DNA of 64,000 nucleotides from Candidatus Chisholmbacteria bacterium (GCA_963704905.1 CAVPHZ010000001.1:515438-579437); one strand, 5' to 3'; counted from the stretch's first letter, positions 38,016-48,477 are shown. A program made the numbers and translations. The notes: generated from the letters alone by a model not told the origin.

Positions 38016-39716
38016 CTAACGAAGCTGGCTAGAATACAGATTTATGATGAGAAGACAACGGAAATATACTGCAATAATTCTTACTTTGTCTTTGGCTCAT
38101 GTAACCATAAGGCTGGGAGGGTGGTTGCCGATTTCTCAAGTATATGCAGTTGACATGGCGCGGTTGGAGTGGGGATACTGAGACTGGGGTGGGGACAAGC
38201 TGGACGACGGTGAATCTGGCGAATACGTTTACGGCGCCAATTGTGGTGGCTTCGGCTTTATACAACTACACTGATAATTCCATTACCGGTGAGTGTTCAA
38301 TAGAGGCAGAAGTACAGTCAGTAACCACGACGAGCTTTCAAGTACGAATGGGAATTCCGCCACATGATGCGGCTGGCGGTTGTACTTCTGACCCAAGCTC
38401 GATAGATGTGCACTGGATGGTTGCGGAAGACACAGGGACGAGTACGGACATTACTTTACCGGGGACCAATATACTGGTTCAAGCCGGGAGCTTTACTGAT
38501 ACCGATGTCGATAATGCAACCAGTTGGACGTTGGATGGGAATGTGACGTTTTATCCCACATGGGGAAGCAACCCAAATGTTTTAGCTCGACGGGTAACAT
38601 GGAACGATTCTACCAATTGGGCAACCGCATGGGCGTGTCAGACTAACAGCCGTACAAATCCTCCTACCACTGCACAATCGAATGTCCATGTTCATTTTCA
38701 GCAGCTAGAGATTGCGCCGGCATCTGATTTTTCGTCCGCAGAGACGATGCACTATGTACTCTATGAATCGGGGGAGTCTGGAACGATCAGCGGTGATTAT
38801 GGATCGTATGTTGAAGCGATTCGATCCGGTGACGCTGTCTTAGGCCTCACAGACAGCGTTAATGGATACAGCATGGGAGGGTTGACCGGGTTTAGCGCTG
38901 CTCCTGAAACTGCTGTTGGTTTTCAACTTGAGATGGATGGCGGTAATGGAGGGTGGTGGATTTCAAAGAGCGTTTCCCAGACAGATATCATGGCATGGTC
39001 GCTTGAAGATCAGGATGGTGATAATGAACGGACTCATATCAATGAGACAACCGGAGCTGTGGCGTTTGAAACAGAGGGTTCTTATCCCGAAGCTACTTTC
39101 ACCCAGAACCGCTACCGGTGGTACGTCGATAATGATTCTACCAATCCCGTCGGATGCATGGGGAAACCCTGACCTGGCAGAGAATACGGCGATTACGATT
39201 ACTCCCAGTGGCAACGATCCACCCAATGAGACACAAGAACTGCGGCTGCGGGTGAATCTAACTGTTAATACTGGCGGGATGCCGGTTGGCATGCAGCAAT
39301 TCACCCTGCAATACAAAGAAGGAACAGATGGAAGCTGTACGACGGGGAGCTGGACGGATGTGGGAGCAGCAGCCACCTGGGAGTATGCGACCAGTAGTGT
39401 TACTGACGGAGCTGATATCACGGGAGTGCTCACCGGAACTGATAGAGATCAGGAATATGCAAAGAGTGAACCGACTCAAATCAATCACAATCTTGGGAGA
39501 GTGAATGAAGACATTGAGTATGACTTTCATATCATTGGCACTAACATTTCCAGTGCTACTCAATATAGTTTCCGACTTATTGAAGCCGATGATACTGTTT
39601 TAGATGGCTATACCAATTGTCCTACATTGACCACTGAACCGGGACCAACAGACCTCATGCGGCATGGTCGATATTATGCTGATGAGGTGAAGGGAGGGTT
39701 TTTCTGGGCGAAATAG
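37381..39716 (+). repeat. About 635-bp near-identical direct repeat (37381-38015 and 39081-39716)
   Basis: 3' ends of the two paralogs match from CTTATCCCGAAGCTAC to the stop TAG with very few differences. Confidence 0.9.
38044..39716 (+). CDS. Secreted beta-rich protein, paralog B (two apparent +1 frameshifts)
   Basis: MMRRQRK...QVYAVDMARLEWG aligns with paralog A; extra base at about 38171-38176 and extra A at 39154 join track ORFs 38144-39172 and 38916-39716. Confidence 0.7.
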
Positions 39717-39765
39717 CAGAGCAGAGCTCGACGATAAAGGATTTTTGATTTAAGATTTAAGTGTC

Positions 39766-40797
39766 ATGAAGAGAAGATCTCGATCAACCAAAATACCAAA
39801 GCTTCTTTCTTATGTGGTACCTGTTCTAGTTGGAATTGGATTGTTTTTTGCCGTGCGGCCGAGGTTTGAACAGATCTTTGCCGGAGAAGTAAATGTTTCC
39901 GAGTTTCTGGTTCAAGGCGGCGATGTGGAGGTTGACTCCGAAACCATCGAAGGCTATCAGCAAGTATATTATCTGTTTGAAGGACGGAAAACGTTTGTCA
40001 GTGAAGAGGTAAGTCTCAACAGTTTTCAGGCTCACTCAAGGGGAGAGTACATCGTTTGGGTGATGAGTGTCAATGGAGCCGGGCAGGTATTTCGCCATCA
40101 TATTCCCAGCGGGGAGACGGTACAAATCACTGACTCAAGTAGCAATGGACAACCCAAGGTTGATCGAAGCGGGAGTGTTGTCTGGGAGCGGTGGGTCTGG
40201 CCGGACGAAGAAGGCGGAGGCGATGGTAGTTGGCAGGTGTTTCTGTTCGATGGGGTATCAACGAGACAGATTACGAGCGGTGTAGCGTCGATTAACCCTG
40301 ATTTAGATGGCGATCGGGTAGTTTTTGCGAGCAAAAGCGGGAGAAGCTGGAAAGCATTTGAGTATCTCCGACCGTCAAGGAAATTATCTGAGATCCGTCA
40401 GGGAAATGATGCCAAGCGGCCGTACTTTGATAAGGGTCAAATCCGTTTTGAGGTCGAATTGCCTGTTCCAACATTGCCTCAGGATATTCATCGTGGTGAG
40501 CCGGATGGATTACCTCCGGCTAGATATGAGCAGTCTGAGGGAGTGCAAGAATCTACACCTTCAGCAATTCAGCCAACAATGAAACCTACTCCGACTGTGG
40601 TTGATGAAAAACCGACGCCAACATCCCGTCCTTCTCCGAATCCCACAATTGTTCCCTCACCAACACCAACGGTACCAAAGACAGTATCTACAGAGGATGT
40701 AGTCCAAGAGCTAACCGGGGAAGCTGAAGTCGTGACTCCCACACCTACCTCGGGTGAAGATGGGTCTTCCGGTGAAGAGGTTCCTACCGGTCTTTGA
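39766..40797 (+). CDS. Secreted or anchored protein with TolB-like repeats and a Pro/Thr-rich tail
   Basis: N-terminal TM; GEYIVW...QVF, VVWER...WQVFLFDG, QIT...NPDLDGDRVVF; PTP repeats. Confidence 0.65.
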   Translation: MKRRSRSTKIPKLLSYVVPVLVGIGLFFAVRPRFEQIFAGEVNVSEFLVQGGDVEVDSETIEGYQQVYYLFEGRKTFVSEEVSLNSFQAHSRGEYIVWVMSVNGAGQVFRHHIPSGETVQITDSSSNGQPKVDRSGSVVWERWVWPDEEGGGDGSWQVFLFDGVSTRQITSGVASINPDLDGDRVVFASKSGRSWKAFEYLRPSRKLSEIRQGNDAKRPYFDKGQIRFEVELPVPTLPQDIHRGEPDGLPPARYEQSEGVQESTPSAIQPTMKPTPTVVDEKPTPTSRPSPNPTIVPSPTPTVPKTVSTEDVVQELTGEAEVVTPTPTSGEDGSSGEEVPTGL

Positions 40798-41635
40798 GCA
40801 TAGCACTCATTTTTTGCATGTGGAACTCGTATTCGAGGATAAGGTTGGTGAGGCGGGTGAGCAAGGAAATTGAGTCTTCTGATTTGATGAGAGCTAACTC
40901 TGACTCTAGTGCAGCATTTTTTAACTCCCCAAACCGTTGAATTAGCCCGATTCGCGTTTGGTTGGCATCATCGAGTTCACTGTTCTCCAGTTGGCTGATG
41001 AGTTGGTCGATTAAGCCCTGGGTCGCGGATATCTCGACTATCAGGCTGTCTGCATTAGTTTCTCTAGTGGGTCGGCTGGTTTTTATTGCATCGAGACCTT
41101 CAAGAGCGGCGTTTAGGCGGCCAAGCAGCTCTTCCCGGTCGTCAGCGGTGCTTACGTCTAGACTTGAAAGATCAATCACCGGATCGTAGAGATATATATT
41201 CTTAAGATTTTCGTGTCGTGCTTCGAGTTTTTCAATGAGTGTTTGTTGATCCGAAAGGATGCTTGATGTCTTTTCTATGAGTATTGGATAGGCTGCTTCA
41301 AGTTCTCTGTATCTGGATATAACCTTATTGGAAAGCGTTGGCGGGTTCTGTGCAAGGCTCTGAGCTTGTTGACTGGTTTCTTTTAGCCTGGAGAGAGATC
41401 TTTGCTTTTCGTCGAAAAAGTCGGTTGATGTTGAGTCTAGCCGGGTGAGTTCGGTTAAGGCTATGCGGTTCTGGAGGAGTGCTTCGTGAAATTGACCAAG
41501 GTTTGCCTGGGTATCTAATAATGCAATGGGGAGTGCAAGAGAGGGTTTTAGGAGGAGAGTGTAATAGCCTCCAAGTAATACAACAGTTGTGATCAGAGGA
41601 ATGGTTATCCATCGAATTGGGATTGGTAGTTTCAT
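40784..41635 (-). CDS. Membrane-anchored helical hypothetical protein
   Basis: N-terminal TM then amphipathic helices; TGnTACAAT 10 nt before ATG. Confidence 0.65.
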   Translation of the reverse strand: MKLPIPIRWITIPLITTVVLLGGYYTLLLKPSLALPIALLDTQANLGQFHEALLQNRIALTELTRLDSTSTDFFDEKQRSLSRLKETSQQAQSLAQNPPTLSNKVISRYRELEAAYPILIEKTSSILSDQQTLIEKLEARHENLKNIYLYDPVIDLSSLDVSTADDREELLGRLNAALEGLDAIKTSRPTRETNADSLIVEISATQGLIDQLISQLENSELDDANQTRIGLIQRFGELKNAALESELALIKSEDSISLLTRLTNLILEYEFHMQKMSAMLKDR

Positions 41636-42390
41636 GTCAGTTCAGATTGTACCAATTAGAGCAAATTGTTTATGAATCTAATATATGTTCATTGTTTTAC
41701 ATTTACGTATACTTTGTTTATATATTTAAGCTTAGTATCCTATTTGTTATACCTGGTGTTAAGGATTCGTCGGCGAGAAAGAGAGTCGTATCAAGGATGA
41801 TATGGATCTCCTCTATTTTTACTCAAGTAGCTTGGGGAAGTAAGCGCATTTACTTCTTACACTAACTGTTATAGATGAGATGTTAACCACATTTCCAGGG
41901 TGAAGGTGTAAAGTTTTGGTCATTTTTCCAGATGAGGAGGTCGCGAATGGTGGATTAAACTCATTTTTCGCATGAAGGATGGGAATAGCTTCATTGAACG
42001 TGCTATTCAGCTTGTTACTTTTGGAGCACTTTTGCTTTTATGGGCGCTGATTTTTCAAGTTGATATATGTCGCACATTTATTGCGGAATTTTATCTATTT
42101 GGCGCTCAATTGGGCATATGTTAATCACATGCATAGGTTTGGGATCGGTTGCTAAGGTCACAGGAAAATATCAGAGAGTATTTATTAGTGCTTAAGTTTA
42201 ATCTTCAAAGGGCAAGGCAGTGAAGCGGTGATGATTAGTGCTTGAAGTTGAGGAACATGATGGTTTATACTATCCGAAAAGAGGAAAGAGTGTTTACGTG
42301 TAAAGTTTACACTCGGCGTTCTCGATATCATGCAGTACTATATCAAAGCAGATTAAAAATGCATAGTATTTAAAAAAAAAGAAAATTGAG

Positions 42391-43839
42391 ATGACAGAAA
42401 CAGCTAAGATTCGCAAAGCTTTCATTGAGTTTTACAACAAGGTTGGTGATGTATCCTTGGTATGTAAGACGTTTGGAATCAGTCGTCCCACCTTTTACAA
42501 GTGGTATAAACGGTATGATCCACTTAATCCTCAATCATTGGAAGATCAACCTAAGACACCTAAAACGAGGAGAAAAACTACTCTATCTCCAGAGAAAGAG
42601 AAGAGAATTCGTGAGTTACGGATGAAACACATGGATATGGGCAAAGATCGGTTGAAGATGCTCTATCAAAGCCTTTATGCGGAACCGATTTCAACCCACC
42701 ATGTTCAATTTGTGATTCAAAAGTACAAACTCTATCCTCAGCAGTCGGTATCGTCTTTTGATAGTGAGGGAGATGAAAGCAGTAAAGTCGAACCATCTTG
42801 GATGAAAGACGTTTCCCCTCTGGATTATTCTGGATACTCAGCACCAAGTAAGCCGTTTGAGCTTATTGGATCTGGCGTTGCGGTTCGGCCAAGAACCCCT
42901 CCAAGGAGAAGAGAACCTGAGTCGAGAGGATATCGAGTGAATCCATTGCTCTATGCAATTCGATCGCTGCTTCAGCAATGGCAACTTGTACGAGATAGTG
43001 TGGATCATCGAACTCGAGTAAAGCAGATGCGTCCAGGTAGAACTATGAAAGAGAAGAAGGCGACGTATCCAGCTTATGGAACCTCTGCATATGCTGCTCA
43101 AGCACTTGGCTATGGACCCCAGCCACAGTCTGATTTTGGAAGGAAGGCGTTTATTGTCGTTGCAGTGAGTTTTGTGATTTTTGTATCTATCGCACCAGCC
43201 TACTTTTTCTATCGACGATATGAAGACACTCAAGAGAAGATCAGCAATCCGACGCTGGCAGCTCGACAAGATACTGAGGACATGATTACAAAGGTGGCTG
43301 AATATGTCGAGCTTCCAGAGGATGAGGAGCCAAGTATCGTGACCGTTTCTGACAGGGATAAGCTCAGAGGTCATCCTTTTTTCTCCAAGGCAAAGAATGG
43401 AGATAAGGTGCTTATCTACAGCAAAGCGAAGAAGGCTGTGCTCTATGACCCGGTTGAGCAGAAAATTGTCAATGTTGCCCTGATTACCAGCGACACGCCG
43501 ACGGTTAGCTCCAGCCTGGGAATTGAGTCTGCTACTCGAGTAGCAATCTATAACGGTACTGCGGTATCTGGTTTAACCAAGATCGTAGAGAACACACTTA
43601 AAGAGAAGGTTTCTGGAGTTGATGTGGTCCTTCGTGATAATGCTAATCAGGCAGATTATGTCCAGACAATCGTAGTTGATCTGACTGGTGGAAAAAAGCG
43701 AGTACTTGCCGAGAGCATTGCAACTACGCTCAATGGCATCGTTGGTAGCCTTCCTGAGGCAGAAGATCGTCCTGTGACATCTGGAGCTGGTGGAGGTGTT
43801 GAGATTCTGGCGATTGTTGGGAACAGCTATTTGGAGTAG
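42391..43839 (+). CDS. IS481-like HTH, TM, and extracellular region ending in a LytR_C-like domain
   Basis: VSLVCKTFGISRPTFYKWYKRYDP...LEDQPKTPK and a second HTH; no DDE domain; TM 43147-43212; LPEDEEP...FFSKAKNGDKVLIY; VAIYNGTAVSGL...IVG. Confidence 0.75.
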   Translation: MTETAKIRKAFIEFYNKVGDVSLVCKTFGISRPTFYKWYKRYDPLNPQSLEDQPKTPKTRRKTTLSPEKEKRIRELRMKHMDMGKDRLKMLYQSLYAEPISTHHVQFVIQKYKLYPQQSVSSFDSEGDESSKVEPSWMKDVSPLDYSGYSAPSKPFELIGSGVAVRPRTPPRRREPESRGYRVNPLLYAIRSLLQQWQLVRDSVDHRTRVKQMRPGRTMKEKKATYPAYGTSAYAAQALGYGPQPQSDFGRKAFIVVAVSFVIFVSIAPAYFFYRRYEDTQEKISNPTLAARQDTEDMITKVAEYVELPEDEEPSIVTVSDRDKLRGHPFFSKAKNGDKVLIYSKAKKAVLYDPVEQKIVNVALITSDTPTVSSSLGIESATRVAIYNGTAVSGLTKIVENTLKEKVSGVDVVLRDNANQADYVQTIVVDLTGGKKRVLAESIATTLNGIVGSLPEAEDRPVTSGAGGGVEILAIVGNSYLE

Positions 43840-44681
43840 CTGTAGTATATTCAGCTCACTATGGTGAGATTGTCTGTATGCACTCCAGGGACGAATCCCG
43901 GCAGACTCAATTATATTGTTATACATTGGGCGATTTTAACTTGGTTGCGGGGTGGTTTTTGAGGCTTGTACATCTCTTTTCTCAAGAAGAATTTTCAATG
44001 TTAGATACCTTCAGCCGGTATGGAGGTATTCATTTTATATCAAATTGATATTTTGGGCGAAATCATGAAGATATTGCTAAAGAGAATAGTGTTGCATTTT
44101 TGTTGATTTACCGGACTAATGTTAATTTACGAGTTTTTATCACATCTGAGCAGTTGGTAACCTATGCACACCTTCATCAGTGTTTTTAATTGATTTATCG
44201 GCATATATTTCACCGCACGATATGTTTTTCCTGGCAGGAATTAATCAGTGCTGATGCGCATTTTGACAAAAGAATGTAAGCGAAAGAGCGTTAATGATGA
44301 TAATCTTCATTGCAATTGGTGTAAAATATGTGTTTCAAAGTGGAAGAACTGTAAACCAATGTGTCTGAGAGAGGTAAAGTGGCCTCTCATAACCAAAATA
44401 TGCCATATCAGGCGTCTGCTTTTAATTACCTATAGGTTTAACCACGTGAAAGAATATCACATCGATGGTCTTAATGGCATAGAAAATTGATTTGACACAT
44501 GCTTGTGAGCCAATGTTTCGATTAAGGAAGTGCGCTGTTTTACGTATACTAGAAACGCTTAGAACGTATCAATGAAATTACAAACTCACAGCGTCATTTA
44601 TCTTGTTTCAATGAACGTGATTAGTGTTTTATATCCTCCGGTTGCAGAAATGACTCGGAGTAGTTATGATTATTACCACTT

Positions 44682-45542
44682 ATGCCTGCCTGGGCAAAAA
44701 TAAAGATTTTAGCATTGATTTTCTCCATCACAACTCTCTTGGTTGTGTTTGCTCCAGTGGTCATGGCACAAGATCAATTTGGGATTGCGCAGACGTATCG
44801 TATTGTTGATGAAGAAGTTGAGGATGGGGATATCATCGTCCTTGGATCAGAAGGGGAGATGGTTCGAGCTAGTGTTAGTTTTGACGAGCGGATGTTTGGT
44901 GTTTATGTTGAGAATCCTACGGTCGTTTTACGTGTTGACGAATCTTACTTGCCTGTGGTTCGCACGGGAGATGCGTATGTCAACGTGACAACTTTGAATG
45001 GGGATATTGCGATCGGGGATTTTATCACTTCTTCAACGATTCAAGGAAAGGGAATGTATGCCCAGGCTGGAAATACATCTGGAAGAGTGGTTGGTTTGGC
45101 GCTTGAATCGTTTACCTCTGAAGATGGATTTAAGCAGTCTGTGGAGGTGAATGAGAAGAACGAGTTAGTGCAAAAGGAGATTGCATTTGGCAAGATTAAG
45201 GTAGCACTGGGAATAGGACCAGTGCCGTCTTCACTGGTGACTGAGCGTGGAGGGGTGATCGGTCTGGTTGCTCAGCTGGGATTTGATTTGCTTCGAGCTC
45301 TGCAGCAGACGGAAGGTACCGCCCAGCTGCTTCGTTACATTTTAGCTGCGCTGGTGGCAATAGCGACGCTGGCGTTTAGTTTCTTTACCTTTGGGCGTAA
45401 TATTACCAAGGGTATTGAGTCGATAGGAAGGAATCCACTGGCGAAGTTGCAGATTCAGTCAATGATCATTCTCAATCTGGTGCTGATCGCCTTAGTAACT
45501 GTGGGTGGAGTGATATTGACCATGATTATTGTAAAGTTTTAG
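44682..45542 (+). CDS. Secreted beta-domain fused to an ATP synthase subunit-c-like hairpin lacking the acidic residue
   Basis: Signal peptide ending VMA; GDFITSS..G.GM.A..GRVVGLALE domain; C-terminal TM-GIESIGRNP-TM; first gene of the atp cluster. Confidence 0.65.
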   Translation: MPAWAKIKILALIFSITTLLVVFAPVVMAQDQFGIAQTYRIVDEEVEDGDIIVLGSEGEMVRASVSFDERMFGVYVENPTVVLRVDESYLPVVRTGDAYVNVTTLNGDIAIGDFITSSTIQGKGMYAQAGNTSGRVVGLALESFTSEDGFKQSVEVNEKNELVQKEIAFGKIKVALGIGPVPSSLVTERGGVIGLVAQLGFDLLRALQQTEGTAQLLRYILAALVAIATLAFSFFTFGRNITKGIESIGRNPLAKLQIQSMIILNLVLIALVTVGGVILTMIIVKF

Positions 45543-45557
45543 AGGAGGATACAGATT

Positions 45558-46262
45558 ATGAATGAACTTATTTTGCTTATCATTTTACTTGGCGTAACAG
45601 CGTTTAACACCGTGTTTGTCACCATTCTTTTTCTACGGTCTAAAGCGAAAAAAGCAGAGGTTGTAGAAAAAAGTGAACAGATTTTAGAAGAAGCACAGAA
45701 AAAGGCAGATGAGATTGTACAGAAGGCAGTTGAGCAGGCGGACAAAATTGTCAGCGGTACAAAGCAGCGTGGCGAAAAAGTTACTGAAGAACAGAAGCAG
45801 AAAAGTGAAACGCTTGAGGTGCAGTACGAAGAGCAGCTGCGGACAGTAGTTGAGGATATTACTAAGCAGCTTCGGGTTGGAGAGAAAAAGGCGGAGGAGA
45901 TGTATACGCATTTTGTTGAGGAGATGCAGAAGAACGTTTCTCAAGGGGTAGAACTCAATCAAAAAGCACTGCAAGAAAAGGCGGATGATGCACTTGGTAA
46001 GACCCAGCAGCAAATTGATCAGTTCGTTGATGATGTGCAGGGAAGAGTGCGAAAGCAAATTGATGAACAAGTTGATAAAGCCCATGAGGCTATTGAGCAA
46101 TACAAGCGGCAACGCATGGAGGTGGTTGATACTAACGCAGTTCAAATTCTCGAGAAGGCGCTGGCAATTACTTTAGGGAAGAAGCTTCCACTCAGCGATC
46201 AAGTTGATTTAGTTTATCAGGCATTAGAGAAGGCTCGAGAAGAGGGGTTTTTCTCTGAGTAA
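45558..46262 (+). CDS. atpF: ATP synthase subunit b-like (elongated)
   Basis: N-terminal TM, long coiled coil, C-terminal AVQILEKALAITLGKKL..DQVDLVYQAL; operon position. Confidence 0.65.
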   Translation: MNELILLIILLGVTAFNTVFVTILFLRSKAKKAEVVEKSEQILEEAQKKADEIVQKAVEQADKIVSGTKQRGEKVTEEQKQKSETLEVQYEEQLRTVVEDITKQLRVGEKKAEEMYTHFVEEMQKNVSQGVELNQKALQEKADDALGKTQQQIDQFVDDVQGRVRKQIDEQVDKAHEAIEQYKRQRMEVVDTNAVQILEKALAITLGKKLPLSDQVDLVYQALEKAREEGFFSE

Positions 46263-46279
46263 CTTCGTAGGATTTCACA

Positions 46280-46798
46280 ATGGATGAGAAATTGATGAAT
46301 ACCATTTTGACTAATACGTATACCAAGGCGAGTTTATTGCGGCGTCTGGCATTATTCCGGTCGTTTTTAGAACACAAACATTACAGTACGTCTGGATTTA
46401 AGCGATTGAAAACATTTTTTGAGGAGAAAGAAGTTGTCGAAGATGATGCGCAGGCACTACAGTCATGGAGTGGGGTGTTCAATAAACGGCTTTCCCGAAG
46501 TACGTTTTACAAAAAGCTTGAGGCGATTCGCAAAGAGATATTGAGCTTGCCAAGTGTGACTGTGTATTTGCCGTTTATCGCTCAAGAATCAGAGCTTACC
46601 AAGATAGGCCAATGGCTGCGTGCGCATGTCAAAAAACAAATGATTATGGATGTGAAAGTTGATCCGGCTCTTGTCGGAGGATGCGCTCTGGTCTGGAATG
46701 GATATTATCGAGATTATTCACTGCATCGGCAATTTAAAGATAAAAGAGAAGATATCAATCAATTGATCAGTGATTTTGAGGAGAAAAAAGAGGAATAA
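46280..46798 (+). CDS. atpH: ATP synthase subunit delta-like
   Basis: C-terminal VKVDPALVGG...DYSL motif; between b and alpha. Confidence 0.75.
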   Translation: MDEKLMNTILTNTYTKASLLRRLALFRSFLEHKHYSTSGFKRLKTFFEEKEVVEDDAQALQSWSGVFNKRLSRSTFYKKLEAIRKEILSLPSVTVYLPFIAQESELTKIGQWLRAHVKKQMIMDVKVDPALVGGCALVWNGYYRDYSLHRQFKDKREDINQLISDFEEKKEE

Positions 46799-46917
46799 AG
46801 TGATTGATTTGGCCTGAAACATTCTGGTTCATTGCATTCACCAGATATGCACAAGGTGACACAGCCGATTATAAATAGCACATCAGCTGGGTCAATCTAC
46901 GTTTGGATGATTTAATT

Positions 46918-48477
46918 ATGGAGAGTAAAAAGTTAAGAAATTCAAATACCCGAAGGCAAACCCGAAGTAAGCGATTGTCAAAGGCGGAGCAGGCCGATGT
47001 ATTGCGTCGGGAAGAAGTTGGATTAGTCGTTGAAACGCAAAATTATTTGTCTTACATTGAGGGATTGCCATCTGCGCGGGTAAATGATGTGTGTGTTTCA
47101 CAGGAAGGCCATCGTGGGTTGGTGTATGGTTTGAATCGCGGTCGAGTTGAAATTCTCTTGCTTGATCAAGAGCAACCAAAACCTGGGGATTTGTTTACGC
47201 TTGAACCAGAGGGCTTAAAGCTAGAGATAGGTGAAGAGTTGCTTGGTCGGGCGATTAGCCCTCTCGGGGAACCGCTTGATGGTCGAAAGAAGATTGCCGG
47301 CAATGGAACGAAGATCGAATTTGATGTTAAAGCTTTGGGAATTGAGTATCGAGAGATTATTTCTCAGCAAGTGGAGACGGGGATTAGCATTGTCGATACG
47401 CTCTTGGCTCTGGGAAGGGGTCAGCGAGAGTTAATTTATGGAGAACCGCGAAGCGGGAAAACGAGCTTTCTCCTTGATGCAATTATCAATCAGAAAGACC
47501 GCAATGTTGTTTGTATCTATGCTGCTATTGGTAAGAGTGAGATTGACACGAAGCGGTTTGTGAAGGATGTCGAGAAGGCAGGAGGACGTGATTACACCGT
47601 TGTCTTGGCTGCGACCTCGACTGAGCCGTCACCGGTGATTTTTATTGCACCAACTGTGGCAATGGCTGTGGCAGATTGGTTTCGAGAGCAGGGCAGGCAT
47701 GTGTTAGTGTTTCTCGATGATTTAGGAACACATGCGAAGTATTTGCGAGAGATGTCGCTGCTGGCAGAACGAACTCCTGGTAGAGAATCGTATCCAGGAG
47801 ACATGTTTTATCAGCATGCTCATATTTTAGAGAGGGCTGGGAATTTTAACGAAAAAGGCGGAGGAGGATCGGTTACACTGCTTCCGGTAATTGAAACAGA
47901 TCTTGATAACTTTACGGCCCTTGTACCAACTAATCTCATGGCTTCGACGGATGGACACTTGCTTTTTTCGGCATCGCTGCGTGCGGAAGGACGGCACCCG
48001 GCAATTGATGTGGATCGTTCAGTTACCCGAGTTGGACGGCAGACACAGTTTTTACTTCATAAACTTCTGGCAGATAAGATCAGACGCCTGCTGATTGATT
48101 TTGAAGAGCTACGGCGATTCAGCAGATTTGGTGCTGAAGTCAGCGAGGAAACACAGCTTGCCATTAAAAAAGGACAAATCATGCAGGAACTCTTGAGGCA
48201 GGAGCCACTTCAGAGGATTGACCGATTTGTGCAGATGCAGTATTTAGGTCTTGTGTTTACTCCGTTTTACGATCAGAAGGATTTGAACTTTTTACAGACA
48301 AACAAGACGAAAATTCTCTCAACTATTCAAGAAGCGCAGGAGTTTCGACTGATGCGTGATGAGATGGAAAAGAACATTGAGCATTTGGAAATTGAAAAAT
48401 TTCTAGAGCAGTTGGGGCAGAAATTATCGGTATTGGAGGAGGCATGCCAGAACTCACAGAGCTCAGAGAAGAACTAA
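46918..48477 (+). CDS. atpA: F1 ATPase subunit alpha (divergent)
   Basis: LLGRAISPLGEPLDG, GRGQRELI, GEPRSGKT, DDL..HA, PGRESYPGDMFY, TLLPVIET, SVTRVG. Confidence 0.92.
   Translation: MESKKLRNSNTRRQTRSKRLSKAEQADVLRREEVGLVVETQNYLSYIEGLPSARVNDVCVSQEGHRGLVYGLNRGRVEILLLDQEQPKPGDLFTLEPEGLKLEIGEELLGRAISPLGEPLDGRKKIAGNGTKIEFDVKALGIEYREIISQQVETGISIVDTLLALGRGQRELIYGEPRSGKTSFLLDAIINQKDRNVVCIYAAIGKSEIDTKRFVKDVEKAGGRDYTVVLAATSTEPSPVIFIAPTVAMAVADWFREQGRHVLVFLDDLGTHAKYLREMSLLAERTPGRESYPGDMFYQHAHILERAGNFNEKGGGGSVTLLPVIETDLDNFTALVPTNLMASTDGHLLFSASLRAEGRHPAIDVDRSVTRVGRQTQFLLHKLLADKIRRLLIDFEELRRFSRFGAEVSEETQLAIKKGQIMQELLRQEPLQRIDRFVQMQYLGLVFTPFYDQKDLNFLQTNKTKILSTIQEAQEFRLMRDEMEKNIEHLEIEKFLEQLGQKLSVLEEACQNSQSSEKN

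Noticed and set aside
30989-39716. CRISPR array or diversity-generating retroelement
   Set aside because: Repeats are long and coding with no spacers; no reverse transcriptase; differences between copies are not obviously adenine-specific.
42391-42735. Intact IS481 insertion sequence
   Set aside because: No DDE domain or paired terminal repeats; the ORF continues in frame into a TM and LytR_C-like domain.
43838-43911. tRNA-like or riboswitch-like small hairpins (CTCAC/GTGAG, GGGA-CGAA-TCCC, GTCTG/CAGAC)
   Set aside because: No cloverleaf or TTC T-loop and stems are only 4-5 bp; could be chance.
44248-44490. Cys-rich 80-aa ORF upstream of the atp cluster (possible atpI or atpB remnant)
   Set aside because: Not hydrophobic, GTG start without SD, and no subunit-a Arg motif.
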